DNA of 64,000 nt from an uncultured candidate division Zixibacteria bacterium. Lineage in GTDB: Bacteria; Zixibacteria; MSB-5A5; GN15; FEB-12. The DNA is taken from positions 224,001 through 288,000 of the forward strand of contig CAVTJJ010000003.1 of the NCBI GenBank assembly GCA_963735035.1, given 5' to 3'. The first letter of the stretch is position 1. The number at the start of each line of letters is the position of its first letter. The position numbers and the translations under genes are program-made. Below, one piece after another: positions 18,241-28,485 of this stretch. The notes below the pieces were generated by a model. That model was not told the DNA's origin, searched no databases, and worked only from the letters and a program-made list of their open reading frames with translations.

Positions 18241-20643
18241 TCACAGACAGGGCCGCAACCCGACGGTTGGGCCGCTGATGAAGAGATAATCGATCAGGAT
18301 CGATATGTCGCCTATTGTGATGTCGTCACAGGTGGGAGAACTCCCCCCCGACTGATTGAGGTCGGCCTCGGACAGACAAGGGATCACCCCGACACACGAT
18401 CCAGAGATGAACTTGGCGTCAATCAGGACACTGACATCACCAATGGTCGGCTCGTCCCCTCCAATGCCATTGGCATCGCCGACCCGGCCGACACAACAGG
18501 ATTGACTGTCGGATCCTGACAACTTGGTCACGAAGGCGTCGGCGCCATTGGTCCCACGGGTCCCCTGGTACGGCGTCTGGGTGGGGAAATTGTCCGAATC
18601 GGTGATACCGCACACATAGGCCGCCCCGGTCGCATCCACGGCTATGCCAAAACCGCCGTCGAAGCCGTTCCCACCCAGGTAAGTCATGTACGCGGGCGCG
18701 CCGATACTAGACAGCTTGGCCACCACACAATCGGCCAGACCGCCCTGAAACGATGACTGGCAGGCGTCAAGAATAGGGAAATTGGTCGAGTACGACCGAC
18801 CGGTAATATAGGCGTTCCCAAGAGCATCCAACGCCAAAGCGTAGCCGATGTCGTCCGCGGAGCCGCCCAGATAAGTGCTGTAAACCAGAGCGTCCCCTGC
18901 GCCACTTAGCCTGGCGACAAACAGGTCATCGCCTCCCCCGAGAGCATTTTGATAAGCATTCAGAGTAGGGAAATTAGCCGACTTCGTGAAGCCAGTCACG
19001 CAGGCCGATCCGTCGGCGTCCACGGCGATGCCATAGCCGTAATCATCGGCAGCTCCTCCGAGGTATGTCGAGTAATACAGACTGTCGCCCAACGCAGAAA
19101 GCCTGGTCACAAAGGCATCAGCATACCAGCCGGAAGTCCAGGACTGGTAGGCAAAGACCGACGTAGGAAAGTTTGTCGACAGGGTGCGCCCGGTTACAAA
19201 CGCCGAACCGGCCGTGTCAACAGCGATAGCATTGCCATCATCGTCATCCTTCCCCCCCAGATACGTGCTGAAAGAGAGCCTGGAACCGCTGGTGGTGTAC
19301 CTGGCGACAAAAGCATCGTACCCTCCCCCATTGGCTGCCTGGTAAGGATGTTGAGTGGGGAAGTCGGTCGACAAGGTCAACCCGGTCACATAAGCTGAGC
19401 CGAGACTGTCGACCGCGATAGCGTCCCCGGAGTCCCATCCGCCCCCACCGAGATACGTACTGTAGATTAGGATGTCCCCGCTGCCGGAAAGCTTGGCGAC
19501 AAAGGCATCGTATGAACCGCCGTTGTAACTGTTGTCTACGGCGTTGACGGTGGGGAAATCGGTCGACGAGGCAAAACCGGTAATGTAGACCGCACCAAGT
19601 CGATCTACCGCTATGCCATTGGCCGCATCAGACGCCGTTCCGCCCAGATAGGTACTGAAAACCAAAACGTTCCCGGTCCTTGAAATCTTGGATACATACG
19701 CGCTGAGGTAGCCGGATCGTGAAGGCTGGTATGGGTCCAGGGTGGGGAAATTGGCTGAAAACGTCTCTCCAGTGACATACACCGCCCCGGACGGGTCGAC
19801 CGCGATGCCGCGACCGCCGTCGTTAAGCGTCCCGCCCAGATACGTGCTATAGATCAGGACAGGATCAATCACGGTCGGAAGCGATGGATCGAATTCCGGG
19901 CCGAGGCGAAATCCAAAAGAGTGATCGGCGTTGATCTGATATTCAGACGAAATCTTCCGTCGCACTTGTGCCGCGTCCTGATAGACCACCGGCGCCTGTT
20001 CACGAATCTCCCCCCAGGGGGTTGTCACTACAAGCGTACCATCCGAAGCAACTGACACACCCGTGGAGCCCTGGTACTCTATCTTGATCTTGGAATAGTC
20101 CGCCCCGGTTTTGACCCTGAAGTCATACTCGGCGCGACCGCCGGTACCGTAGTAAACCAGGTCGATCCCAGGATAGATGTCTTCCAGGACCACGGCTCGG
20201 TAGTTCGGCACGTTGGACCGCCATCCGTTCGGTTCGTTTCCATAGAAGTAGTTACAGCGAGACTCCGTGAGGCTATCGCCGCGCGAACGCGGATGCGGGT
20301 TCGCTCCGATCAGTGCCGCTTTGAGAGTGAGAGTCTCAACGCTGTCGGGGACATGGTCGGGACCACGAGGGTCCTGACCTACGCTAACGCTGCCAATTGA
20401 AACACGTCGGGCAAACTGATAGTAAACACCCTCGGCCGTGATCCACATAGCAACTCCGGGGGCATCCGCGCGAAACAGGGCTCGACTATCCCATTGGCCC
20501 ATGTTCTGGGTAAATGACAACGACGTTGATCCCGGAAGTTGGGTGCTTTCGAGACGGTGCGATACACCTGGCGAAGAAACTTCTGACGCATTTGCGCCAA
20601 GAACGCACAGAACAACGGAACCGATGACAAGAATATGCTTCAA
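18241..20643 (-). CDS. Secreted SBBP-repeat beta-propeller protein with C-terminal dockerin-like domain
   Basis: N-domain FTQNMGQWD...IYPGIDLVYY...DPVLIYSTYLGG; about 7 repeats of YSTYLGG...IAVD..G..YVTG.T.S.NFPT. Start taken as TTG 20643 after GAGG. Confidence 0.85.
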   Translation of the reverse strand: MKHILVIGSVVLCVLGANASEVSSPGVSHRLESTQLPGSTSLSFTQNMGQWDSRALFRADAPGVAMWITAEGVYYQFARRVSIGSVSVGQDPRGPDHVPDSVETLTLKAALIGANPHPRSRGDSLTESRCNYFYGNEPNGWRSNVPNYRAVVLEDIYPGIDLVYYGTGGRAEYDFRVKTGADYSKIKIEYQGSTGVSVASDGTLVVTTPWGEIREQAPVVYQDAAQVRRKISSEYQINADHSFGFRLGPEFDPSLPTVIDPVLIYSTYLGGTLNDGGRGIAVDPSGAVYVTGETFSANFPTLDPYQPSRSGYLSAYVSKISRTGNVLVFSTYLGGTASDAANGIAVDRLGAVYITGFASSTDFPTVNAVDNSYNGGSYDAFVAKLSGSGDILIYSTYLGGGGWDSGDAIAVDSLGSAYVTGLTLSTDFPTQHPYQAANGGGYDAFVARYTTSGSRLSFSTYLGGKDDDDGNAIAVDTAGSAFVTGRTLSTNFPTSVFAYQSWTSGWYADAFVTRLSALGDSLYYSTYLGGAADDYGYGIAVDADGSACVTGFTKSANFPTLNAYQNALGGGDDLFVARLSGAGDALVYSTYLGGSADDIGYALALDALGNAYITGRSYSTNFPILDACQSSFQGGLADCVVAKLSSIGAPAYMTYLGGNGFDGGFGIAVDATGAAYVCGITDSDNFPTQTPYQGTRGTNGADAFVTKLSGSDSQSCCVGRVGDANGIGGDEPTIGDVSVLIDAKFISGSCVGVIPCLSEADLNQSGGSSPTCDDITIGDISILIDYLFISGPTVGLRPCL

Positions 20644-20769
20644 ACAGTGGACCTCAAGTCCGGCAGGACCAGCTAAGCAGAAGAACTTGACAATAGTACT
20701 CCTGACAGAATAATACACCCAAAGGGCCTGAAGTTCCCAATAGTATTTTGGGCGTGGCAGGAATGCGGC

Positions 20770-21837
20770 TTACAGACAATTCGGCAGAGTCATATTGCCC
20801 GAACCGGTGATGAACAGGTAGTCGATCAGAATAGATATGTCTCCGATCGTTATATCATCGCAGGTAGGGCTGCCCCCCCCGGATTGGTTGATATCTGCTT
20901 CTCGCAAACAAATAGAGACGCTTTCGCAACTGCCGGTGATGAATTTTGTGTCAATCATGGTCGAAACATCCCCGATTGTCGGTTCATCCCCACCTACCCC
21001 GTTGGCGTCGCCGACACGGCCAACGCACCCACTCAAACACGGGGTAATGGCAGGCGACCAACCCGACACCCGGGCCATCATCCACCAGAATGCCTTCCCC
21101 TTCTGATAGCAGTTGAAACAATGCGAATGGGCACAACCGGAGCAGTCGGCACAGGTATGGGTAGCACACCAGGTAGAGCACCACTCACAGGCGTCGCTGC
21201 CATCGGGGTAGCGATTCCCATCGGGGTCCCAGGATTCAATGTCGGCGAAATCGAATAGGGTCTTGTTGTTTACGACACAGTATTCGCGAATCTGGTTGTT
21301 CCTCTGAAGCAGATTGCCGGCATCGCCGGAGCCGTCCAGGTGTCCGGTCATATAGACAAAGGTGACCGTCGGATAGTCCTGCTCAAGTTCGGTCATCTTG
21401 GACAGGTAGGCATCTATGCCTTCAACACTGTTGTCGGACACGCCACCGCACCAGGAGAGCATAGCGACGTTGATATCGGGATGGCCGTCGAGCCAGTTTC
21501 TGATAAGTGGCGCCCAGGTCGTGTCGCCGTATCCGCCTAGATCGTCGCCAAGCTCGGATATGAACGGTGACACATAGCCGCTGTTCTCGGTCGCCAGCAT
21601 TTCAATGCCGGTAAGTATCTGGCTGCCATGCGAAGTATGGATGTAATAGAAGCGGCGGGTGTCTTGAATCTGCGTTATGATCGATTGCGGAATGAGTTCG
21701 AACTGACCAACAGAAGCGTGATCAGCAACAATGGCCTGAGCGCATGCGTCTTGCACCGGTGACAAGAGGGCACAAGTGACAATCATCGCGAGAATGGCAG
21801 AACGTCCCGGGAGCGACAGCATTATCTTGCAGGGCAT
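20770..21837 (-). CDS. Secreted uncharacterised alpha/beta protein with Cys/His-rich segment and C-terminal dockerin-like domain
   Basis: Signal peptide; HTSHGSQ, MLSWCG, YMTGHLDG, LFDFADIESWDPDG motifs; terminal tag. Confidence 0.75.
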   Translation of the reverse strand: MPCKIMLSLPGRSAILAMIVTCALLSPVQDACAQAIVADHASVGQFELIPQSIITQIQDTRRFYYIHTSHGSQILTGIEMLATENSGYVSPFISELGDDLGGYGDTTWAPLIRNWLDGHPDINVAMLSWCGGVSDNSVEGIDAYLSKMTELEQDYPTVTFVYMTGHLDGSGDAGNLLQRNNQIREYCVVNNKTLFDFADIESWDPDGNRYPDGSDACEWCSTWCATHTCADCSGCAHSHCFNCYQKGKAFWWMMARVSGWSPAITPCLSGCVGRVGDANGVGGDEPTIGDVSTMIDTKFITGSCESVSICLREADINQSGGGSPTCDDITIGDISILIDYLFITGSGNMTLPNCL

Positions 21838-21858
21838 ATCGGCGAGTATCCTCTATAG

Positions 21859-23022
21859 TCAGTACAAACAACCCGGCAGAGTCATATTGCCCTGACCGGT
21901 GATGAACAGATAGTCAATCAACATTGAAATGTCGCCAATCGTAATATCATCACACATGGGATTGTCGCCCCCGGAACGGTTAATGTCCGCTTCGAATATA
22001 CAGGGGATGACGTTCTCGCAAGCACTGATAATGAAGCGCGCCGAAATCATGGCGGAGATATCGCCGATAGTCGGTTTGTCATCACCGCTGCCGTTGGCGT
22101 CGCCCACAATACCCTGGCAGCAACTGCACCCCACCGAAACGTTGCCCATGGTTATACCGCGTACTATGATCGACCAGAGAAGTGGTGATTCAAGACGAAC
22201 CGTTGTGCTAGTTGCCAGAGTCGAATCGCAAAACATCGGATGGGCGGAGATATTGCCCTCAGCCCCGGTCAGGTCGGGACCGGACTCATAGTTGGTCGCG
22301 TTGCCGAATACATCGTTGTATAGAAAACTCTTACCGAGTTGCGGGAAGAAGCCAAAAAACCCTACAAAATTACCGTACACAACATTATCGGTGAAGTGAA
22401 AGAGACCTGATTCGTCCTTAACTCCAATATCGTTGAAAGCGACAATATTTCCGGCAACAACGGTATTCAGCGCCGACTTAAGATCAAGGCCAATCATATT
22501 GTGAATAAACAGATTGCCTGTAACGTTCTGATAAGCTTCATCTGCCAGCAAAATTCCGGTCGCGTTGCCCTTGAATACGCAAGAGTCTATTTCACCACCG
22601 GTCCACATGACATTGGCCGTAAGGCCTGTCAGATTTTGATCGAAAATACAATCGTGAACTCGGCCCGGGCCGGTCACGCTATAGATGATCACGTCACTGC
22701 CACCACGAAAAGTAAGGCCCTCAATCGACAAAGGCATTCGCGAATCATACGGATCGACCGGATGCATAAAGAAATCGCCTTCGAGATTCACTATGGTCGA
22801 TGCCGGACCGGCTTCGGAAATGATCGCTACCCGGGCATTGGTTACCGCGAAGCCATGATTCGCAGCGCCTTCGTACGTTCCCGGGGCCAGCAGCAGCGTA
22901 TCTTTGTCAGCCGCCGACCCTAGCCCGGCCTGAATTGTCGGCTGATCGGCCGGAATATGGATAACCGTAGAATAAGCGGCAGATGCCTGGAATATGATCA
23001 GAAAGAGAACCCATCGCTTCAT
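21859..23022 (-). CDS. Secreted beta-helix (pectin-lyase-like/NosD-like) protein with C-terminal dockerin-like domain
   Basis: IHIPADQPTIQAG...LAPGTY; N-rich coil repeats; GNISAHPMFCD; terminal tag. Confidence 0.8.
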   Translation of the reverse strand: MKRWVLFLIIFQASAAYSTVIHIPADQPTIQAGLGSAADKDTLLLAPGTYEGAANHGFAVTNARVAIISEAGPASTIVNLEGDFFMHPVDPYDSRMPLSIEGLTFRGGSDVIIYSVTGPGRVHDCIFDQNLTGLTANVMWTGGEIDSCVFKGNATGILLADEAYQNVTGNLFIHNMIGLDLKSALNTVVAGNIVAFNDIGVKDESGLFHFTDNVVYGNFVGFFGFFPQLGKSFLYNDVFGNATNYESGPDLTGAEGNISAHPMFCDSTLATSTTVRLESPLLWSIIVRGITMGNVSVGCSCCQGIVGDANGSGDDKPTIGDISAMISARFIISACENVIPCIFEADINRSGGDNPMCDDITIGDISMLIDYLFITGQGNMTLPGCLY

Positions 23023-23107
23023 AGAAAGCTCCTGTCTCGAGCGATTTGTAGGACTCTAAAATATACTACAATTAGTCGATTTGAGCAAGGGAATTGATAG
23101 TATTGAC

Positions 23108-26100
23108 TTACATACACTTGGGCAAAGTCACATTATCCGAACCGCGTACGAACAAGTAATCGATCATAATAAAGACATCGCCAATACTGATGTCATCACA
23201 ATCCGGATTACTTCCTCCCGACTGGTTGACGTCTGCCTCAGCCAGACAGGGGATAATCCCCTCGCACGTCCCGGAGATGAACACAGCGTCAATCAGAACA
23301 CTGACGTCACCGATAGTCGGCTCATCCCCCGCAAGGCCGTTGGCATCGCCGACCCGGCCGATACAGCAACTGGTAGTCGTGAACGCCCCATAAACGCCCG
23401 TCTCAGTGATTGCCGCCGTCACCGTATTCAGAGCTGTATCTACGTCACCCCCCACCAGCTGCCATTGCAGCACAGTCGGGTTCCAGCGGAATACGCGCAG
23501 AGTTGACTCGTCGCCAAGAGTCACACCACTAGCATCTCTGAAGTCCGAATTGCTATAGCTAATGGAGATGCTATTCGAGCCGAACAGCGAATTGAACGGG
23601 GACGTTGACAACGAGTGCGTCTTGCCGCCCTGAATGGCTCCGGCTCCGAGGCCACTCAGCCAGGGCGGGTAAGCCGACGATAGAATCATCGCCCTCTGAA
23701 TGCCGGAATTGGAGCTGTCGATCCGAACTATAGCTTCGCCCTCAGGGCCGATCAGCTTCTGCAACTGCCGGGGAGTAGTTATGTTCGTAACCTCAAACGG
23801 AGTCGAGAAGAAGAACGTTTCGCTCGAATCGTCAACCCCCCAGACCGTGGCCTTGCCGGGAACGGTCAGGTATTCAGCCGCTTGGGTGCTATAACTGTTC
23901 GTGCCGGCGGAAAATGTGCTGGTCACAAAGTCGCCCTGATCAGTAACAATATCCAATTGCGGATACTGGCTCATTCCACGGTCAAACCAGAGCCCGTAGG
24001 TCCAGCCGTTGTCCGAAAGCTGCCCGCCGCAAACCATCGGGAAATCTCCCGCCACCGGTCGTAACGATAGAGTCACACTGTCACCGGCGACCGATGCAGC
24101 GGATTGGCTCCCGGTCCGGCTGAAGCCCGACCCCGGCCTAACGCTCCCGCACAGCCAGGCCTTGCGAACACCCGCGACAGCACCGGGTGACCTCTTCCCG
24201 ATCGATTCAGTCCGGCTCGAACCGGCTACCAGAATCTCATCCTGAAAGAAATCCATCCCATACACCCAGAGCTGGCCACGGTCGGTGGTAAATCCCTGAT
24301 CGCTTTGGTACATCGGATTGGCGCCCCGACGAAGCAGTTGGACATTCAGCCCACCCGGTGTGACCGTATCCACTTTGAGGTGAACCGACTGAATACCGGG
24401 AGCCGGAGGAACCAATGCTGCCGGGAAATGGACCAAACGACCAACGTCATAGGTCAGGTTGTACAGGTCGTCGTTCGGCCCGGGGAAATAATTCAGACCA
24501 GTCGGGGTAAGTCGCTCGGTGGAATCGGTCACCGAGGGTTTCAATATCGGCACGTATATCCCGTTGCGAGGCCCTTCTGCCCAACGCTCGAAATCATCCC
24601 AGCATGATCGGGAGTTATCGTACCATTGCGCGCTATTCCGGCAGGAGCCGTCTTGATACCGGTATTCACTCGACATCTCCGAGGCCAGCTCTCCGAAGTA
24701 CGGGCGATCATAGTGATGGTCCATAAAGCCGTAGTTGCCCGAAGGTAACGAGCCGCATCGGGCATTGGCAGGCAGATAGTGCCCGGCAGGGTCGACAAAC
24801 AAATATTCATCGCTGAACCCCAGACCATAGTGACCAAACTCATGCCCCAGGGTTCGATAATTGTCCGACATCCCGTCACTTAACGGATGCAATAGGTAGC
24901 TGAAGACCCGGCAAGTGTCCGGGTCACCAAACCACTTGCGTGGCAGTTTAATCGGCGGGAAACCAGTCCAGGCGATACCCATAATGCCGGCGTTCGGCCA
25001 GTAAACATTGCTAGCCTTGATCTGGATATCAGCTTCGTTCCACTGTGACCGGTCATCCAAAATCACCACGGTGTCCAGACGGATCTGGCCGTCGCTGACA
25101 TCATAAAGATAGTTCGACATCTGCCGGAAATCCGCGGTCAATCCCTGAACGTAAGACTCCTCGGCGTCCCACTCAATAGAAACGAGCAGATTGTAGCGGT
25201 ACTCAGTGTGGTCGAGCTTGATCTCTTGATAGCTCGAGTAGCTGCAGGTGTCGAAGACAAGTGCGCCATCTTCGAGAAACTCTCCGTTGTCCAAGAGAAT
25301 AGTGTACATCGTACCGGCTACCGTCGAATGCCTCGGAGACAATTGGGTATAAACCAACCGGGATATCTTTAGAGTGTCACCGAGGTTAATCACATCCGCG
25401 GTCGAATTGATAGCTGACTGAGGGAGCTCGTAGCCTTCGGATGCGGCGAAGGGAAGTATGATCTGGCCATGAATGTCGGTACTGAATGCGCCCAGGGTGT
25501 CTTCGACGTACAAGGGAGGGGTAGCGTGAACCCGGATCAGTTCAAAGGTCATATTGGGGATGGAATCACCGTTCCCGTCAAGAATCACAAGCGTCTTCGG
25601 CTGAGTATATTTTCCGACCAAGGTGGGACAGACGAACATATTGTCGTCCGGAAGGTTGTAACTAACGCTGTCGAGAGAGCAGGCCACGGCGGACACGTAT
25701 ATATCGCCGGCGTCGTCAACCCGGAGCACCGCCCGGTTGTGATCTCTGTTGATCCCGGTCACCGGCCTGTCCGGACTAGGATTTATCAACCATCTGGAAT
25801 TTCCGTCCGGGTCGAAGCTCTGCAGGGTACCATTGCCGTTCAACGAGTAGAGATTTCCCGCTCGGTCGCCGGCAAGGGCCAGTGGATCAAAGTACGCGAC
25901 CGGCCAGGTCTTTTCCCAGACTCTGCTGCTGTCTGGACGGTACTTTATCGCCGCACCTTCTACGCTACCTCCCGGGGCGGTCATGGCGGTGATATTTCCT
26001 GCATGATCGACTAACACCCGGTACTGTTCAGCGCCGATATCGGTGAAGTGCGTCTGCCAGATCAAAGACATGCTGGTGTCGAGCTTGACCAGGTCAACGT

Positions 26101-27043
26101 TTCTATAGTAGTCCAATACGCCGCCATACCGTCTACCGACCAGACAATACGAATTTCCTGATCCGTCAAAAGCGGCATCCAGGACTGTTCCCGGCATGAG
26201 GATCGACTCGTGCATTATTTCCCCGCCCGGGGCATGCTTGACTGCCCACGCTGAACCGGACTTGGTCCCGAACAGGTACACGAATCCACGCGAATCGACT
26301 CTCAGCATACAGGGAAAAGGCAGTGAATCCGTAAGCGGATTGCCGTACGTTACGATCGCCGGTCCCTGGCCCGAGGAGTCGTAAATCAAGAGTCGCACAT
26401 CGTAATCGGAACGTGGACCCGAGCAGAGGACATAGACACGCTTGTCGTTACCGAGAACGAGACAGGGAGGCTGAGCAACTACGCTGTTACCTGCCGGTCC
26501 ATCATAAACGTTGGACCAGCGAAATCCGCCTGCTCCGCTGCGAGATAACACCGTAACGCCTTCGTCATAAATGAAGGCTGATTCCCAGCCGTGTTCCGCG
26601 ACAAGGTAAACATTGTCGCTCGGGTCGCCTACTATCTGGCCACGCAGACTCCAAGCCTTATGCCCCCATAACCACTGGTCTTCGTTTGTCCATTGCGCTT
26701 GCCCGAAACCGTCGTACTTCCTGACGACAAGGTGATACCAGTCCGCGTACGTGCCGTTTTCAAAATCGGCCTGATGTTGCTCCAGACCTAGAGTGTAGGT
26801 GTTGCCTTGTCTGTCGGGATACAATTCCACTATGCCGGTGCGGATCATCGTTGTGGTGAGGGGTTCGAGGATGTGAACCCATGCAGGTCTGACTCGGGAC
26901 GAATCGGTCTGCGGAAAGCTGTCTCCTGGCGAGGCCAAGACAGAAAGCACCGACAGGGCAGTGACCAAACCGAACTCCGGCAGGCAAAAACTGAATTTCT
27001 TAAGGCGGGAGATCGAGATCATACGAACTCCGGACTGAAACAA
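23108..27043 (-). CDS. Large secreted protein: beta-propeller, CLCA-like HExxH metalloprotease region and C-terminal dockerin-like domain (start uncertain)
   Basis: D..GN.Y propeller repeats; HEFGHYGLGFSDEY; terminal CCIGRVGDANG...LPKCM. Confidence 0.75.
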   Translation of the reverse strand: MFQSGVRMISISRLKKFSFCLPEFGLVTALSVLSVLASPGDSFPQTDSSRVRPAWVHILEPLTTTMIRTGIVELYPDRQGNTYTLGLEQHQADFENGTYADWYHLVVRKYDGFGQAQWTNEDQWLWGHKAWSLRGQIVGDPSDNVYLVAEHGWESAFIYDEGVTVLSRSGAGGFRWSNVYDGPAGNSVVAQPPCLVLGNDKRVYVLCSGPRSDYDVRLLIYDSSGQGPAIVTYGNPLTDSLPFPCMLRVDSRGFVYLFGTKSGSAWAVKHAPGGEIMHESILMPGTVLDAAFDGSGNSYCLVGRRYGGVLDYYRNVDLVKLDTSMSLIWQTHFTDIGAEQYRVLVDHAGNITAMTAPGGSVEGAAIKYRPDSSRVWEKTWPVAYFDPLALAGDRAGNLYSLNGNGTLQSFDPDGNSRWLINPSPDRPVTGINRDHNRAVLRVDDAGDIYVSAVACSLDSVSYNLPDDNMFVCPTLVGKYTQPKTLVILDGNGDSIPNMTFELIRVHATPPLYVEDTLGAFSTDIHGQIILPFAASEGYELPQSAINSTADVINLGDTLKISRLVYTQLSPRHSTVAGTMYTILLDNGEFLEDGALVFDTCSYSSYQEIKLDHTEYRYNLLVSIEWDAEESYVQGLTADFRQMSNYLYDVSDGQIRLDTVVILDDRSQWNEADIQIKASNVYWPNAGIMGIAWTGFPPIKLPRKWFGDPDTCRVFSYLLHPLSDGMSDNYRTLGHEFGHYGLGFSDEYLFVDPAGHYLPANARCGSLPSGNYGFMDHHYDRPYFGELASEMSSEYRYQDGSCRNSAQWYDNSRSCWDDFERWAEGPRNGIYVPILKPSVTDSTERLTPTGLNYFPGPNDDLYNLTYDVGRLVHFPAALVPPAPGIQSVHLKVDTVTPGGLNVQLLRRGANPMYQSDQGFTTDRGQLWVYGMDFFQDEILVAGSSRTESIGKRSPGAVAGVRKAWLCGSVRPGSGFSRTGSQSAASVAGDSVTLSLRPVAGDFPMVCGGQLSDNGWTYGLWFDRGMSQYPQLDIVTDQGDFVTSTFSAGTNSYSTQAAEYLTVPGKATVWGVDDSSETFFFSTPFEVTNITTPRQLQKLIGPEGEAIVRIDSSNSGIQRAMILSSAYPPWLSGLGAGAIQGGKTHSLSTSPFNSLFGSNSISISYSNSDFRDASGVTLGDESTLRVFRWNPTVLQWQLVGGDVDTALNTVTAAITETGVYGAFTTTSCCIGRVGDANGLAGDEPTIGDVSVLIDAVFISGTCEGIIPCLAEADVNQSGGSNPDCDDISIGDVFIMIDYLFVRGSDNVTLPKCM

Positions 27044-27061
27044 AGACGCAAACCTGACTTA

Positions 27062-27089
27062 AATATACCGAAAAAGCCCATTTTGTCAA
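27062..27089 (-). promoter_or_regulatory. Sigma70-type promoter
   Basis: Minus strand TTGACA-N16-TATATT upstream of the 23108..27043 gene. Confidence 0.55.
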
Positions 27090-27214
27090 TTGTCGGTTGC
27101 TTTGCACTCCTTCGATAGGCCCCCGTTCCAAGACCCGGTTTGCGTGGAAAATTCGGAGTAAAATAATGCTGCCGGGCTACCCGGTCCTGCGTTGCCCGGT
27201 CAGATTCACTTCCC

Positions 27215-27243
27215 TTGACAGCGCGGCGCACCCGCGCTATCTT
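27215..27243 (+). promoter_or_regulatory. Sigma70-type promoter of carAB
   Basis: TTGACA-N17-TATCTT upstream of carA. Confidence 0.55.
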
Positions 27244-27306
27244 CGCCCGACTTCGGCAGTACGAGTCCGAAGTCATCAGGTCAGAAATAGAGGATTCCGG
27301 TAGTCC

Positions 27307-28485
27307 ATGCTGCGAAAAGAGTACGACTCCAGGCTGGTTCTTGAAGACGGGCGCGTCTTTCCGGGTCGACGTTTCGGTGCCCGATTTGACCCCGTCGGGG
27401 AAGTCGTATTCAACACGGCCATGAGCGGCTATCAGGAAATACTCACCGATCCGTCATACAGCGGTCAACTGGTGGTCATGACCAGCCCGCAAATCGGCAA
27501 CTACGGCATTGCCCGTGACGACGACGAATCCCGTCGTCTATTTCTCGGGGCACTGATAGTAAAGGAAAGCAGCCGGATCGCCAGCAACTGGCGCTCGGTC
27601 GAGACCCTGAACGATTATCTGATCAGACTTGGCGTTCCCGGTCTTGAAGGCCTCGATACCCGTGCCCTGGTGCGGCACTTACGCTCACGCGGAGCTATGC
27701 GAGGTGTCATCGGGGATATCTCAACGCCTATAGCCGATCTAGTCAGCCGCGCTCAAAACCACCCCTCGATGGCAGGGTGCGATCTGGCGTCCGGAGTCTC
27801 TCAGAATCAGATATACGCGTGGGATAAGGCCGTCACTAGCCCGAGCGGGCTGAGCACCCAGCAGAACCTGTTCTCACCCGATGAGCCTCGCCCCCTGCAC
27901 GTAGTCGTTTACGACTACGGCGTCAAATGGAATATATTGCGCTGTCTCGTCGAACAGGGTTGCCGTGTGACGGTAGTTCCTGCGAACGCGACTGCAGACG
28001 ATGTGTTGCGACTTACTCCCGACGGGGTGTTGCTCTCCAACGGCCCGGGCGATCCGGACCCTCTCGACTATGCCGTAAACAACATCCGCGCCCTGCTTGG
28101 TCGGATTCCGGTAGGTGGAATCTGTCTCGGACATCAGTTGCTCGCGATTGCGGCGGGCGGCACGACCTACAAGATGAAGTTCGGTCATCGGGGCAGCAAC
28201 CACCCGGTGATTGAAAAGCACTCCGGACGGGTGCAGATTACTTCACACAATCACGGGTTTTCGGTTGATGCCGATTCTCTTCCCTCTCGGAGCGTGGAAA
28301 TCACCCATATCAACCTGAACGATCAAACAGTCGAAGGCCTCGCACTAAGCGAAGTCCCAGCGATGGCAGTGCAGTTTCACCCGGAAGCTTCCCCGGGACC
28401 GCACGACGCCCGGTCGTTCTTCGTTCAGTATGTCGAAATGATGCGGAAATGGCGTACGAGTAGGATCAATGCCGGCCAGAAGTGA
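27307..28485 (+). CDS. carA: Carbamoyl-phosphate synthase small subunit
   Basis: [49 protein letters not shown]. Confidence 0.97.
   Translation: MLRKEYDSRLVLEDGRVFPGRRFGARFDPVGEVVFNTAMSGYQEILTDPSYSGQLVVMTSPQIGNYGIARDDDESRRLFLGALIVKESSRIASNWRSVETLNDYLIRLGVPGLEGLDTRALVRHLRSRGAMRGVIGDISTPIADLVSRAQNHPSMAGCDLASGVSQNQIYAWDKAVTSPSGLSTQQNLFSPDEPRPLHVVVYDYGVKWNILRCLVEQGCRVTVVPANATADDVLRLTPDGVLLSNGPGDPDPLDYAVNNIRALLGRIPVGGICLGHQLLAIAAGGTTYKMKFGHRGSNHPVIEKHSGRVQITSHNHGFSVDADSLPSRSVEITHINLNDQTVEGLALSEVPAMAVQFHPEASPGPHDARSFFVQYVEMMRKWRTSRINAGQK

Noticed and set aside
21100..21200. c-type cytochrome heme motifs
   Set aside because: No exact CxxCH is present (the closest is CSGCAH).
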